Assembly (NCBI GenBank): GCA_037146995.1
Contig: JBAWWA010000001.1
Location: 9,072-73,071, forward strand
Direction: 5' to 3'
Length of the DNA: 64,000 nucleotides
Source: a bacterium
GTDB lineage: Bacteria > Patescibacteriota > Patescibacteriia > Patescibacteriales > GWE2-39-37
Below the pieces are notes generated by a model. The model saw only the letters and a program-made list of their open reading frames with translations. It was not told the DNA's origin and made no database searches. This document shows, in pieces, positions 28,554-38,240 of the stretch. Each line of letters opens with the position of its first letter. The stretch's first letter is position 1. A program made the translations under genes and the position numbers.

Positions 28554-31013
28554 TTACAATACACTTAGGCCACTTGGGGCACTTGGGGCTATAACATCAC
28601 CTGAAAAATATTCGAAAGCTCCAAGATCCATAGCACTACCATTTACAACTCTTAACGCCTGTAATTGTGGATCGCTATACGACATTTGAACTGGTAAAAA
28701 ATCTGCTGGCATTGCAGCACCTTGATCGATATTTTGCGATGTTGCCAATAAATTAAAATTAAGTGATCCAGTAGTTGTAGAAATAAACCCAGCATTTCTT
28801 TGTGGATTATTAATAAAATTTGCAGTCCCGGCAATATGCCCGGTAAAAATACCATCTGAACGATTTCTAGTCCAGGTAGAATTGACCCAGTTTTTTCCAA
28901 AATAAGCAACGCCTTCATTTGACAGTAAGTCCTGATCTGGAACCGTTTGGGTATTCACTGGAATAAAATTAACAATATTATTACGAGCGTCCAAGCTCTC
29001 TCCCGCGCTAGACATGTCAAAAACATTAACTCGCCATGCCTGTGACTGGTCAGCAATATTTACCAGCGTGTTGTGATAAAATGCCAAGATGCCTTTACGA
29101 TAACTCGGTGTCACACCACCATCTCCACCATAATGAATAGGTGTTGCAGCTCCGCCAGGAAATTGATTATAAAAAATATTTCCATAAACAAAAGTCTTAT
29201 TATAAGAATCCAAATAAACTTCAGATGCTTGATAATTTTGTGACTCAACCAAATCTATTAAATGTCCACCTCCTTGAAACCAGTTATAGCGAATAATTGT
29301 TCCTGCGCCGCGATCTTTTAATCCGCCACCGACTGATAACGCCCGAAGTGGTCCATATTTATTATATTGATATATAACATTTATGCCTTCAACATATGAA
29401 TTATGCTGTTGACTACTGCTGACTGTGCCATTGCCATAAATATAATTTGATTCAAAAATAATATCCTCTAAGTTTCGCTGATCCCCCTGCCCAGCACCAA
29501 AAATACCGTCGTTATTGCCATGTATAATATTATTTTTAAAAGTAATATGATCACCTTTTTCAATATAAATACCACATCCGTGACCATAAGTTCTAACCAA
29601 GCCATTAAAGTCGGTGTATGTTGTTGGGAAACCGGGGTCGCCACCATACCCGTTTGTTATTTCAAAATTATTAAAATTAAAATACCCAGGACTCCAGCCA
29701 GAATCATTTTGCGTCGGACGATAACTAATCAAAACAAGCGCCACGTCATGAAGTGGCATGTAGCTACGATTCCACTGGGAATTTTCAATGGCATTGGATC
29801 CGTCAATGATCGGAAGTTTACCCGTTGTCGGATCTGCTATGCCCTGAATTATAATAGGAGCTACAGCCGTGCCACGCACTGAAATCATGGGCTTTTCATA
29901 ATATGGCACGACGTCACCATTTCCGTTTTTATTTGGATAAACATTAACAGTATCCCCGGGACCTAGTAATGACCAATTCAGAGCACCTAACGATGTATAA
30001 GTTTTTCCTGGACCGATCTCATAAACCTTCGCAGAGCCCGTGCCAGAACTTGCACTGCGAATTTTTATAGTATTAGAATAGCCAGAATTTCCGTTCACAT
30101 TTTTTGCGCGCACGCGTACGTAATAAAATTTTTCGGCTAAAGTTGTAAGATTATAATTTGTAGCACCTGATGCAGTTTCTGCCACTTGCGTCCAAGTTGG
30201 CAGTGTTGGTGCCCAGGCAAAAGGAGCTGTTTCTATTAGATAGCTAGAAGCTCCGGTATTTGTATCATTCCAAGATAAAGTTGTTTGTACGGAACTATTC
30301 ACCACGCCAGACAAATTTGTCGGCTCAATGGGCAAATTAACTGCTTTACTTTGGGTAATCGCACTTACAGGCAGTGTGTAATCACTATAATTAGAGCCAG
30401 TAACCAATCTGATACGATAGTAATAAGTTGTTGCAGGAATTAGCGGTGTATCAATAAAGTTAAGGCCAACGCCGCCACTACCTACAACTGAAACTATTGA
30501 ATATGAAACATTGTCCATCGATCTTTCCAAAAACCAGCTGCGAGACATAGTGTTATTGTCATTCCAATTCAAGGTAATTGAATACGGCGAAGTTGCTGTT
30601 GCTTTAAAGCTTTCTGCTGGCAAAGCAGTTACAGCACCACTTACTTTTGTTGTCGTGGCAATGCTTTGCACTGGAGCAGAGCTACCATTAATATTATCGG
30701 CTGTTATCTGATAAAGATACGAAGTTGCAGGATAAAGAGAGGTGTCAGTAAAAATATTCGAACCGGCTGGTAAGATTTTAACTTTTTTATATATTCCGCT
30801 GTCAAATCTCCAGATCGTAATTGACGTTTCTCCGCCTCCTACTCTTTCCCATGTTAAATTTATTTCAGTGTCAGAGACTGGCATCACTTCTAAATTAATT
30901 GGAGATGATGGCTCGCCCGCAGCCTTTGAAAAACCTGGCAAAATTAAAAGCAAAATCAAACAAATATATATTTTAAATTGTATTTTAAGACAACTCATTA
31001 ATTTTTCAATCAA
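28554..31013 (-). CDS. P11: secreted protein with three N-terminal Fn3 domains and a beta-helix (NosD/pectate-lyase-like) domain; C-terminal tag GDVIAPSAPSGLSVL
   Basis: 819-aa ORF. The track start is TTG, and ATG at 30998 (MSCLKIQFKIYICLILLLILPGFSKAAG) is more likely. It has three complete Fn3 modules (SSPINLEVMPVSDTEINLTW...), beta-helix repeats (NNIIHGNNDGIFGAG...) and the conserved tag. Confidence 0.85.
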   Translation of the reverse strand: MIEKLMSCLKIQFKIYICLILLLILPGFSKAAGEPSSPINLEVMPVSDTEINLTWERVGGGETSITIWRFDSGIYKKVKILPAGSNIFTDTSLYPATSYLYQITADNINGSSAPVQSIATTTKVSGAVTALPAESFKATATSPYSITLNWNDNNTMSRSWFLERSMDNVSYSIVSVVGSGGVGLNFIDTPLIPATTYYYRIRLVTGSNYSDYTLPVSAITQSKAVNLPIEPTNLSGVVNSSVQTTLSWNDTNTGASSYLIETAPFAWAPTLPTWTQVAETASGATNYNLTTLAEKFYYVRVRAKNVNGNSGYSNTIKIRSASSGTGSAKVYEIGPGKTYTSLGALNWSLLGPGDTVNVYPNKNGNGDVVPYYEKPMISVRGTAVAPIIIQGIADPTTGKLPIIDGSNAIENSQWNRSYMPLHDVALVLISYRPTQNDSGWSPGYFNFNNFEITNGYGGDPGFPTTYTDFNGLVRTYGHGCGIYIEKGDHITFKNNIIHGNNDGIFGAGQGDQRNLEDIIFESNYIYGNGTVSSSQQHNSYVEGINVIYQYNKYGPLRALSVGGGLKDRGAGTIIRYNWFQGGGHLIDLVESQNYQASEVYLDSYNKTFVYGNIFYNQFPGGAATPIHYGGDGGVTPSYRKGILAFYHNTLVNIADQSQAWRVNVFDMSSAGESLDARNNIVNFIPVNTQTVPDQDLLSNEGVAYFGKNWVNSTWTRNRSDGIFTGHIAGTANFINNPQRNAGFISTTTGSLNFNLLATSQNIDQGAAMPADFLPVQMSYSDPQLQALRVVNGSAMDLGAFEYFSGDVIAPSAPSGLSVL

Positions 31014-31097
31014 AATTTATTAGCATGTCACAAGATTACTAATTATTAATTATAGCACGCAACGAGTTTTTTTAAATAAAAACAGCTTAATAAATCT

Positions 31098-33389
31098 TTA
31101 TAGCACTCTTAGTCCGCTTGGAGCAACTGGTGCTATGAAATCAGCAAGTGGTGCCTCCCCTGTTTTTACAACTTCAAATACACCGCCCCCGGTTGCGCTG
31201 AAATTTAAAACGCCTTGCGATGAAGCAACTGTTGCTGTGATAATTTTTATTCCATCACGATATACATCGTATAAAGCTGGCTCAATGTCCACTAAAATAT
31301 GATTACCCACTGAAGAATATACTGCAGTGTAGGTCACAGCATTTTGCTGCACTGTTTGATATGTTGTTTTGCCTGTTATTTGATCAACTCCCTGACTCAT
31401 TTGTTTTGAAAACATCACAATCTTTGGATTTAACTGTTCAATAAGAACGCCAGACATTGCAACAGTATCTATGCTGTAGGTCTTTGGCATAATATCAGTA
31501 CTTGAACCAGCAATAATAACAGTTAATGGATTCCAATCAGTAACACCGATCGCTGGAAACAATTTTATTCTTGGAAGAACAGATGGAGCGTCAGAAACAT
31601 CAATTGTCATAGTTCCATCAAAAGCAATTGGTTTAATGAATAATCGAGATTGGCCAACCGTAGATTCTATAATTCCATTAGAATTAATATTTGTTGACTG
31701 TTTATTCAAATGAAAACGTAATTCTTTTGTATAAGTTGCAAGCTTTGCTTTTATTTTGTCATACAAGACAATTGTTGTTCCTCCAATATTTACATAATTT
31801 CTATGGAAATATCTAAGGGTGCGATTTGCGTCATTTTGCAAATAAGGTTGAATTTCATATGCTGAAGTGTGATCACTTTTCATATAGACAAAATTTGTAC
31901 CAATTTCATGCTTCAAATTTGTATTTGTCCCATAGCCCTCTTGACCACCAGTGTAGGCAGGATTAGAAATATTATTATAGACACCACCATCATTCCAAAA
32001 TAATGTATTATTTCCATCGCCTCTCATGTCATCAGCTTCTGGAGTTCCACTGATGCCGTCAGCGCCTTTCCATATCCACGCATTAGCCAAAAGTTGATCA
32101 GGGCCTCGAGACAAAAGAATGCTGCCAGCGGCTTTTGATTGGTGGTCAGACCAATTCCACGAACCTCCATTGTATGATGACCAAACAGCATTGTCACTCC
32201 AGTCGGACCTAGCGAAAACATGCTGATCTGGAATTGAATGATATATTAGTGGTTGAATATTTCTGTAATCAGTTTGTGTTCTTGATGTGTCTTGAAAAAG
32301 TGCAGCAATAAATTTTGGATTATCTTGTCCAACACGTCCACTTGGTCCAATTGCCATATGATTAACAAAATATGCCATTTGATCGCCTAGCGTTCCATTT
32401 AATGTTGTAGTAAGCATCATTGCCAATTCAGGAGATAGTTGGCCCTTATATGGAAATGGCCAATTTCCCTCATCAGGAGCTTGCCATCTATTCGGCATTA
32501 AATTATATATCAATGATGTGGCCATTGCCTCAACAGCACCTGACGGCATAATGTCGACGTCAGTGTTGGTTGTTATTTTCTTGAAATTTTTATATGCGAA
32601 TGCAAACTGATTAAGTCTTGAATAGTGCTCAGGGCCATAACTAAAACCTTGTTGTGGCCAACCACTGGATTGAGAACCGCCAGCCGCAAAATCAATTGCA
32701 ACAGTAGAATCCCAAAGTGATTTCATGTATGGCAAAAATTTAATTCCATCGCCTCTGATGTTGTCATCATCCATTGCCATTCCAGCCAATCCAAAACCAA
32801 GTAGATGTCCACCAAAATAATTACTCAGTGCTGGACCAGTGCTTTCATATACTGGATGATTTTTGTAATAATCAAACCAAGTATTTACTTGTGATATCAG
32901 TGCTGCCTTACGACCATTTTGATTCAATGCTGGATAGTCATACAGCCAATCATAAATAATAGCAGTAGCTGTAACAACATTTCTGGTTGGATAGCCATTG
33001 TCAACTGAAATACATGTCAAAGGAGCTGCAATAATAACATCAGCTATTTGAATAAGTTTATCAGCATAAATAGTATTACCGGTAACTTTCCAAGCAAGTG
33101 CCAGTGCTTCAGTGGCTTCAAGCCAACTTTGACCCTGATAGCTATATGGTATAGAACCATTTGGCCAAGCATATGGATCATAGGCAGGAACATTTTTTGC
33201 AGCATATGCATCAGCATCAGCTTTTAATGCCAACCAAGTTGGATCATTAGATACCATTTTAGATTGAATCCTTGTCTCTATTTCTGCATTCAGAAAAATC
33301 AAAGGCGTTCCCGTTCTGGCCTGAACAAAAATTGGCGCAATAAAAAATAACGTGAAAATAAAAAATAATTTCAATAACTTATTTTGCAT
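31098..33389 (-). CDS. P10: secreted heparinase II/III-like (alginate-lyase-fold) protein; C-terminal tag ADFIAPVAPSGLRVL
   Basis: 763-aa ORF with a signal peptide. It has an alpha/alpha-toroid-like N-terminal half (IIYDWLYDYPAL) and a beta-sandwich C-terminal half. Paralogue of 48754..51087. Fold assignment by motif recognition only. Confidence 0.85.
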   Translation of the reverse strand: MQNKLLKLFFIFTLFFIAPIFVQARTGTPLIFLNAEIETRIQSKMVSNDPTWLALKADADAYAAKNVPAYDPYAWPNGSIPYSYQGQSWLEATEALALAWKVTGNTIYADKLIQIADVIIAAPLTCISVDNGYPTRNVVTATAIIYDWLYDYPALNQNGRKAALISQVNTWFDYYKNHPVYESTGPALSNYFGGHLLGFGLAGMAMDDDNIRGDGIKFLPYMKSLWDSTVAIDFAAGGSQSSGWPQQGFSYGPEHYSRLNQFAFAYKNFKKITTNTDVDIMPSGAVEAMATSLIYNLMPNRWQAPDEGNWPFPYKGQLSPELAMMLTTTLNGTLGDQMAYFVNHMAIGPSGRVGQDNPKFIAALFQDTSRTQTDYRNIQPLIYHSIPDQHVFARSDWSDNAVWSSYNGGSWNWSDHQSKAAGSILLSRGPDQLLANAWIWKGADGISGTPEADDMRGDGNNTLFWNDGGVYNNISNPAYTGGQEGYGTNTNLKHEIGTNFVYMKSDHTSAYEIQPYLQNDANRTLRYFHRNYVNIGGTTIVLYDKIKAKLATYTKELRFHLNKQSTNINSNGIIESTVGQSRLFIKPIAFDGTMTIDVSDAPSVLPRIKLFPAIGVTDWNPLTVIIAGSSTDIMPKTYSIDTVAMSGVLIEQLNPKIVMFSKQMSQGVDQITGKTTYQTVQQNAVTYTAVYSSVGNHILVDIEPALYDVYRDGIKIITATVASSQGVLNFSATGGGVFEVVKTGEAPLADFIAPVAPSGLRVL

Positions 33390-33395
33390 TTGTTA

Positions 33396-33404
33396 ATTTT
33401 AACA
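33396..33404 (-). promoter_or_regulatory. Extended -10-like element (TGTTAAAAT) 6 nt upstream of the P10 ATG
   Basis: Minus strand reads tgttaaaat-taacaa-ATG. No Shine-Dalgarno is visible, and the spacing would place the transcription start at or near the ATG (leaderless). Confidence 0.35.
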
Positions 33405-33427
33405 CACTAATTATTTTATCTTCTTAT

Positions 33428-35056
33428 TCACAACACGGAAAGACCACTTGGTGCGCTTGGTGCGACGCCATCACTTATTTCATAAATATTGGCAGCTGTC
33501 ATTGTTGGCGAAGAACCTTGGTAATTCCAAATATAGTCGGTGAGTGGTGTCGCAGTTGATCCAGCGAGATGTGCAAAGCCGCGATCACCACCAGGTCCAG
33601 AAGAGCCATACATCTTCATCTTCATGGCCCAAATTGCTTCATTTGGCAGAGGCCATATTGGTGTTGTGGTAATATTATTCCAGTCCGTTTCACCATACAA
33701 AGACCCGCTTTTACCTATTTGATACAAAATATTGGCCCCAATATCTCCACCATCGCTAGCTATACCACTTAATTGTGAGCCGTTCTCGATTCTGGGCAAA
33801 TATTTAAGTGAATCTATGAATGGATTTATACTATTACCATTCGTAACCGTTGTTCCAAGAATTGAACCAACAATATTTCCAAAATTATTAATGTAGGAGG
33901 CATTTCGCGTATAATATAGTCCGTATCTTACATTATTTACCACTATGGAATTAGTAACATCTAAAAATCCGGTAACATAGCCAGGATTACTATTAAAGCC
34001 ATCGCGATAAGTGCTAGCTCCAACAGTTAAATGCTCAGACGATGTGGTTCCGACCGTATTACTGCTAAGAGTTACGCCATTTAAATTTCCCCACAAGACC
34101 GTATCTTTGAGCGTGAAGGTATTAATATTTTCTTGAGGAAAAAATCCACTATACTTTTCGTTATTTAGACCGATTGAGCCAATCACCAAATGATTTAAAG
34201 TTGTCGGAGCGCTAAGTGGATAGTTAGCAGTTGCCGCAAAGGCCCCATAATGCTCGCTAATACTAGAATCTGTTCCATCTAAGACAATGCAATTTTGACA
34301 AACATTATCGTGGCCATTATAAAACATGATCCCACTAACCGGTCCTTGAGCAGCATCATCTTGTCTAACTATTACCCGACGAAAAATTGAATGATCCGCG
34401 CCAGGAGTATTGCCACCAAAGTAGAGACCATAACGTCCACGACCCCACGCCCAGTCATCTTCAAACAAATTGTAAGTCGAAGGAACTGGATTATTAGTGT
34501 CACCATTACCACCCACCAAATCAGCGATTGGGCATTGACCAGTACTTGAAGCGCTTTGACCATCTTCGAATCCACAGTTGGTGATTTTATTATAACTACC
34601 CTTAATTGAAAAAACACCACAATTACCATTTCTGAAATGAATACCATCGACATGCAAATACTCAGAAGCTGGCATTGCTTGGTTACTATTGTCAAAAGGA
34701 GCCATGAGATATTGACCATCAATAATTGTTTGCCCAATATTACGAGCTTTTATTGTAGAATAACTATCTAATACGCCTGATTTTGGGAAAAAACTAGTCG
34801 AAAAATTAATCATATTGGCAACACCAATATATACGCCATCATTTATGACAATTGTATCACCAGCGCCTGCTGTCATTTTTTTTATTGCATCAGCTATGTT
34901 GCCATAACAATTTGAATCACTCCAGTCATCTACAATACTACTTCCAACTGTTTTTGTGCCAGTAAGGGAAACATTAAAAGTTGCAGCACTGGCAAAATTT
35001 GGCAACACTAAAAATGCCACCAAAACAAGAATTAACTTTAATGTTTGCTGTTTCAT
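33428..35056 (-). CDS. P9: secreted right-handed beta-helix protein; C-terminal tag SDGVAPSAPSGLSVL
   Basis: 542-aa ORF. Signal peptide MKQQTLKLILVLVAFLVLPNFASAA is identical to that of P8. It has beta-helix-type repeats and the conserved tag (stop TGA). Confidence 0.85.
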   Translation of the reverse strand: MKQQTLKLILVLVAFLVLPNFASAATFNVSLTGTKTVGSSIVDDWSDSNCYGNIADAIKKMTAGAGDTIVINDGVYIGVANMINFSTSFFPKSGVLDSYSTIKARNIGQTIIDGQYLMAPFDNSNQAMPASEYLHVDGIHFRNGNCGVFSIKGSYNKITNCGFEDGQSASSTGQCPIADLVGGNGDTNNPVPSTYNLFEDDWAWGRGRYGLYFGGNTPGADHSIFRRVIVRQDDAAQGPVSGIMFYNGHDNVCQNCIVLDGTDSSISEHYGAFAATANYPLSAPTTLNHLVIGSIGLNNEKYSGFFPQENINTFTLKDTVLWGNLNGVTLSSNTVGTTSSEHLTVGASTYRDGFNSNPGYVTGFLDVTNSIVVNNVRYGLYYTRNASYINNFGNIVGSILGTTVTNGNSINPFIDSLKYLPRIENGSQLSGIASDGGDIGANILYQIGKSGSLYGETDWNNITTTPIWPLPNEAIWAMKMKMYGSSGPGGDRGFAHLAGSTATPLTDYIWNYQGSSPTMTAANIYEISDGVAPSAPSGLSVL

Positions 35057-35155
35057 TTGTTAATTATAGCACAAGAAACTTATTCAAATTTACTCCGATC
35101 CAGTTATAATTTTATTATAACACACTCAAACCGCTTGGTGCACTTGGAGCAATCA
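34992..35155. repeat. 164-bp perfect direct repeat, copy A (P8 C-terminus + spacer + P9 signal peptide)
   Basis: By manual alignment it is identical base for base to 38077-38240. It spans the last 14 codons of one gene, the 58-nt spacer and the first ~22 codons of the next gene. Confidence 0.85.
35063..35071 (-). promoter_or_regulatory. Extended -10 element (TGCTATAAT) 6 nt upstream of the P9 ATG
   Basis: Minus strand reads tgctataat-taacaa-ATG with no Shine-Dalgarno. The same element sits before P8 (38148-38156). Confidence 0.4.
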
Positions 35156-38141
35156 AATCAGATACTGAGTTTTTTACAATTTCAAAATTAGCAAGACCAA
35201 CACCAGTGGATTCAAAACTAAGTACACCATTTGAAGATGAATTCAAACTCGCTATTATAGATCCATTCTTTTTTACTAAAAATTCCACATTGGGTTCAAT
35301 CTCGGTAATTAAATGATGCGTATCAGCAGTAGATATTGCTGCATCATAACTAAAATTATCAGCTGTAATTGAACCAAATTTATTTTTATTTAACACAACA
35401 ACCTCGTTTTTATTTTGGTCTTGAATCAAAACTCCTATCCTAGTTGAATCTGAGGTATTTATCAAACTAGAATCAGCCACTGACTCACCAGTATTGCCCA
35501 TATATATAACGTTAAGAAAGAAATCTCGCTGTTGTTGTGATGTCGGCATTATTTCTAATCTATATTTTCCAATTTCTTCCATTGGTCCTCCAGTATTAGC
35601 CTCACCAGTTGCCTTCCAATAGGCCCAATCTATCGGAAATGATTTGCCAAACAAACCAGCATTGTCGGTTACAGTTGTGCCATCATCCATCCAAAATGCA
35701 AAATCAGTTGAATATTGAACGCCCACATTCCATTGATCATTAACACCTATCATGACCCAATAAGTGTGCCAATTGGCGCCAATACCTGGTTCATTATTTG
35801 CAGCAGCGGTATGATTCGCAAGTGCACTATAAAGAAGCCCATTATGATTAACAATACTTCTATATATATTATTATAAGCTGCTCCCAACGACCATTCAGT
35901 ATAGGCCCCGCGATAAAACCATTTGTCATTATTGTTTAAATTCCCTGAAGGACCATTAAGTGCTGTTGAAAAATTATCCTGTCTTGCGATATAAACATTA
36001 TTGTTCATGGTAACAATTGACTGAACTCCTCCACCAACTTTTCTGGTTTTATGATTTTCTGGTAATAATATTTTTCCATACATAGCGGAGTTTCCCTGTA
36101 GATTGCTTGCCGACCAATTATTGCCATTATTCGTTTCAATTTTTCCTGCTATCTCTGTGTTTGTAATATTTCCATCAGAAAAAACTGGTTCGGTTACTGT
36201 ATGAATTATCCATTTTTTACTGTATGATGCATTTGTTGAATTTGTTTTATCAAAAATAATTGAATATGCCTTATCGTTTTGTCTTGGGACAAAGATGAAT
36301 GATCTAGTATATTCATTTAAGCGATTGTCATTTTGCGACCAGGACCCAGAAGTTAAATCAACAACGCCACAACCATAAGCCATGCATCCATCATTTACAG
36401 CGTAAGTAAAATTATTATTTATTTCATTAGCTAAATTACTGGACCAATTGGAGGCCTGCTTCAATAAAAAGGTCGAGCCATTAGAGACACTTCCATTGGT
36501 ATTTGGAGTTGGGGCTGAGAGCGTCTTGTTCGAAACACTTCTCACTCCTCCACTGTTTAAATTTGGATAAAGACCATATGGCCAAAGTGGATTGGCAGGG
36601 TCAACTACTAGCAAATTATTATGAGCAACTGTGCCTATTTTATAACTTGCAGAATTGAATTGTGGACCAGCACCAGCGTCATATATTCCTGTTTCCGGCG
36701 AAAGGTTTCCCTTTCTATAAAGCATAAAAGTATTGATAGCATAATTTCCATGTGATGTTTTTGTAAATTCCGGAGGAGACTTAAAAACAGCCCTAGCCGC
36801 ATCATCACTCCAACTTGAACGCATATTCATCTCTCTTGTAGCTGGAAAATATGCACTGACTGGTAATGATGAGCTTCTTGGATTTTGAGCAACAAGTGCA
36901 TTATCATAAAAAAGCAGATGTGCAATATTTGAGGTGCTATTGTCTGGATCAGAATAGCCATTCATGTTTATAATCCAGTGAGATGGAGTTCTTCCACCAT
37001 TCCATGAGGATGTGGCTTGTGCTTGATTATCTAGGACATACTTGTAATACGGAGCAAACATATTGCCTGCATCGAGTGTCATGGCTACTGGCAAAGATTC
37101 TGAAAAATACGTTCTTATCTTCCAATTTGTTCCATCACCAACGACAGGATCAGAAAATTGCCAATTACCACCGCCATTCAGCAAGGAGCCGTTGTGAAAA
37201 ATCATTCTATTCAAGCCAAAATCTATATTATAAAAAAGATATTTTGCGTTATTTTTCACATAAGAAACATCAGGTCCATCAATCAAGTTTATACCCGTGG
37301 CGGATTTTAGATCATTAAACCAACCCATTCCTTCTGTACTAACAGCATACCCTTCCATGCCAGTTCCATCGTTTATATAGGCCCAAAGACGAGCCGCATC
37401 CCCCCAAACCCAATTATATTTCCATCTTTCCTTGTATGCATAATCAGCATCAGGAACATCACCAGACAAGGCAAGCTCTGGCCAAGCTTTCCAAGAATAA
37501 TAAATCCACTCTTCCCGATGAAATGTTTCAGAATATGGAGGAGTTGCAGCTGGATAATTTGCTGGCATATTTCCAGCTCTAATCCAGTCAGCATGAGCCA
37601 CGATATTAGAACTGATTTTTATCTTTTCAATCAAATCTATTCGCTGTTGAGATGTTAATCCATCATACACCCAGTCATAAGCAAGCGCCCAATTGGCAAC
37701 TGTCTGATTTAATCCAGTAGTGGCTCCATCTTGAGCACTTGTCCAAGTTACTGCAGATGCTGCCATAATTAAGGAATACACACTATTAGCATAAATATTG
37801 GCTTGTGCTGAATCGCTAACAGCCAACATTTGATAACCAAAAGCCGTACTAACCAAATCTCCTGCTATAATTCGTGCCTGTATGTCAGCCCATGCTGAAC
37901 TGCCAGCCATAATTCTATTTCTTCCAATAGAAATAAGTTCTGGCGTCAAAAATATTCTAGGATGCGAACTTTTGATTGTTAGATTGTGAAGTTCTGATTC
38001 AATAGATTCAATTCTAGCAATGCCATCCTGATCACCATATACCATCCCATTAACTGCACCATCAATAGCGGCGCTTGCAAAATTTGGCAACACTAAAAAT
38101 GCCACCAAAACAAGAATTAACTTTAATGTTTGCTGTTTCAT
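35115..38141 (-). CDS. P8: secreted heparinase II/III-like protein, large; C-terminal tag SDLIAPSAPSGLSVL
   Basis: 1008-aa ORF with a signal peptide and an N-terminal toroid-like region (SSHPRIFLTPE..., LAYDWVYDGL). It shares a ~50-aa pre-tag module (EPNVEFLVKKNGSIIASL..GVLSFES...FEIVK) with P3/P10, and carries the conserved tag. Confidence 0.85.
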   Translation of the reverse strand: MKQQTLKLILVLVAFLVLPNFASAAIDGAVNGMVYGDQDGIARIESIESELHNLTIKSSHPRIFLTPELISIGRNRIMAGSSAWADIQARIIAGDLVSTAFGYQMLAVSDSAQANIYANSVYSLIMAASAVTWTSAQDGATTGLNQTVANWALAYDWVYDGLTSQQRIDLIEKIKISSNIVAHADWIRAGNMPANYPAATPPYSETFHREEWIYYSWKAWPELALSGDVPDADYAYKERWKYNWVWGDAARLWAYINDGTGMEGYAVSTEGMGWFNDLKSATGINLIDGPDVSYVKNNAKYLFYNIDFGLNRMIFHNGSLLNGGGNWQFSDPVVGDGTNWKIRTYFSESLPVAMTLDAGNMFAPYYKYVLDNQAQATSSWNGGRTPSHWIINMNGYSDPDNSTSNIAHLLFYDNALVAQNPRSSSLPVSAYFPATREMNMRSSWSDDAARAVFKSPPEFTKTSHGNYAINTFMLYRKGNLSPETGIYDAGAGPQFNSASYKIGTVAHNNLLVVDPANPLWPYGLYPNLNSGGVRSVSNKTLSAPTPNTNGSVSNGSTFLLKQASNWSSNLANEINNNFTYAVNDGCMAYGCGVVDLTSGSWSQNDNRLNEYTRSFIFVPRQNDKAYSIIFDKTNSTNASYSKKWIIHTVTEPVFSDGNITNTEIAGKIETNNGNNWSASNLQGNSAMYGKILLPENHKTRKVGGGVQSIVTMNNNVYIARQDNFSTALNGPSGNLNNNDKWFYRGAYTEWSLGAAYNNIYRSIVNHNGLLYSALANHTAAANNEPGIGANWHTYWVMIGVNDQWNVGVQYSTDFAFWMDDGTTVTDNAGLFGKSFPIDWAYWKATGEANTGGPMEEIGKYRLEIMPTSQQQRDFFLNVIYMGNTGESVADSSLINTSDSTRIGVLIQDQNKNEVVVLNKNKFGSITADNFSYDAAISTADTHHLITEIEPNVEFLVKKNGSIIASLNSSSNGVLSFESTGVGLANFEIVKNSVSDLIAPSAPSGLSVL

Positions 38142-38240
38142 TTGTTAATTATAGCACAAGAAACTTATTCAAATTTACTCCGATCCAGTTATAATTTTAT
38201 TATAACACACTCAAACCGCTTGGTGCACTTGGAGCAATCA
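38077..38240. repeat. 164-bp perfect direct repeat, copy B (P7 C-terminus + spacer + P8 signal peptide)
   Basis: Identical to 34992-35155. The copies lie 3085 bp apart in direct orientation and flank the whole P8 gene. Confidence 0.85.
38148..38156 (-). promoter_or_regulatory. Extended -10 element (TGCTATAAT) 6 nt upstream of the P8 ATG
   Basis: Minus strand reads tgctataat-taacaa-ATG. It is part of the 164-bp repeat. Confidence 0.4.
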
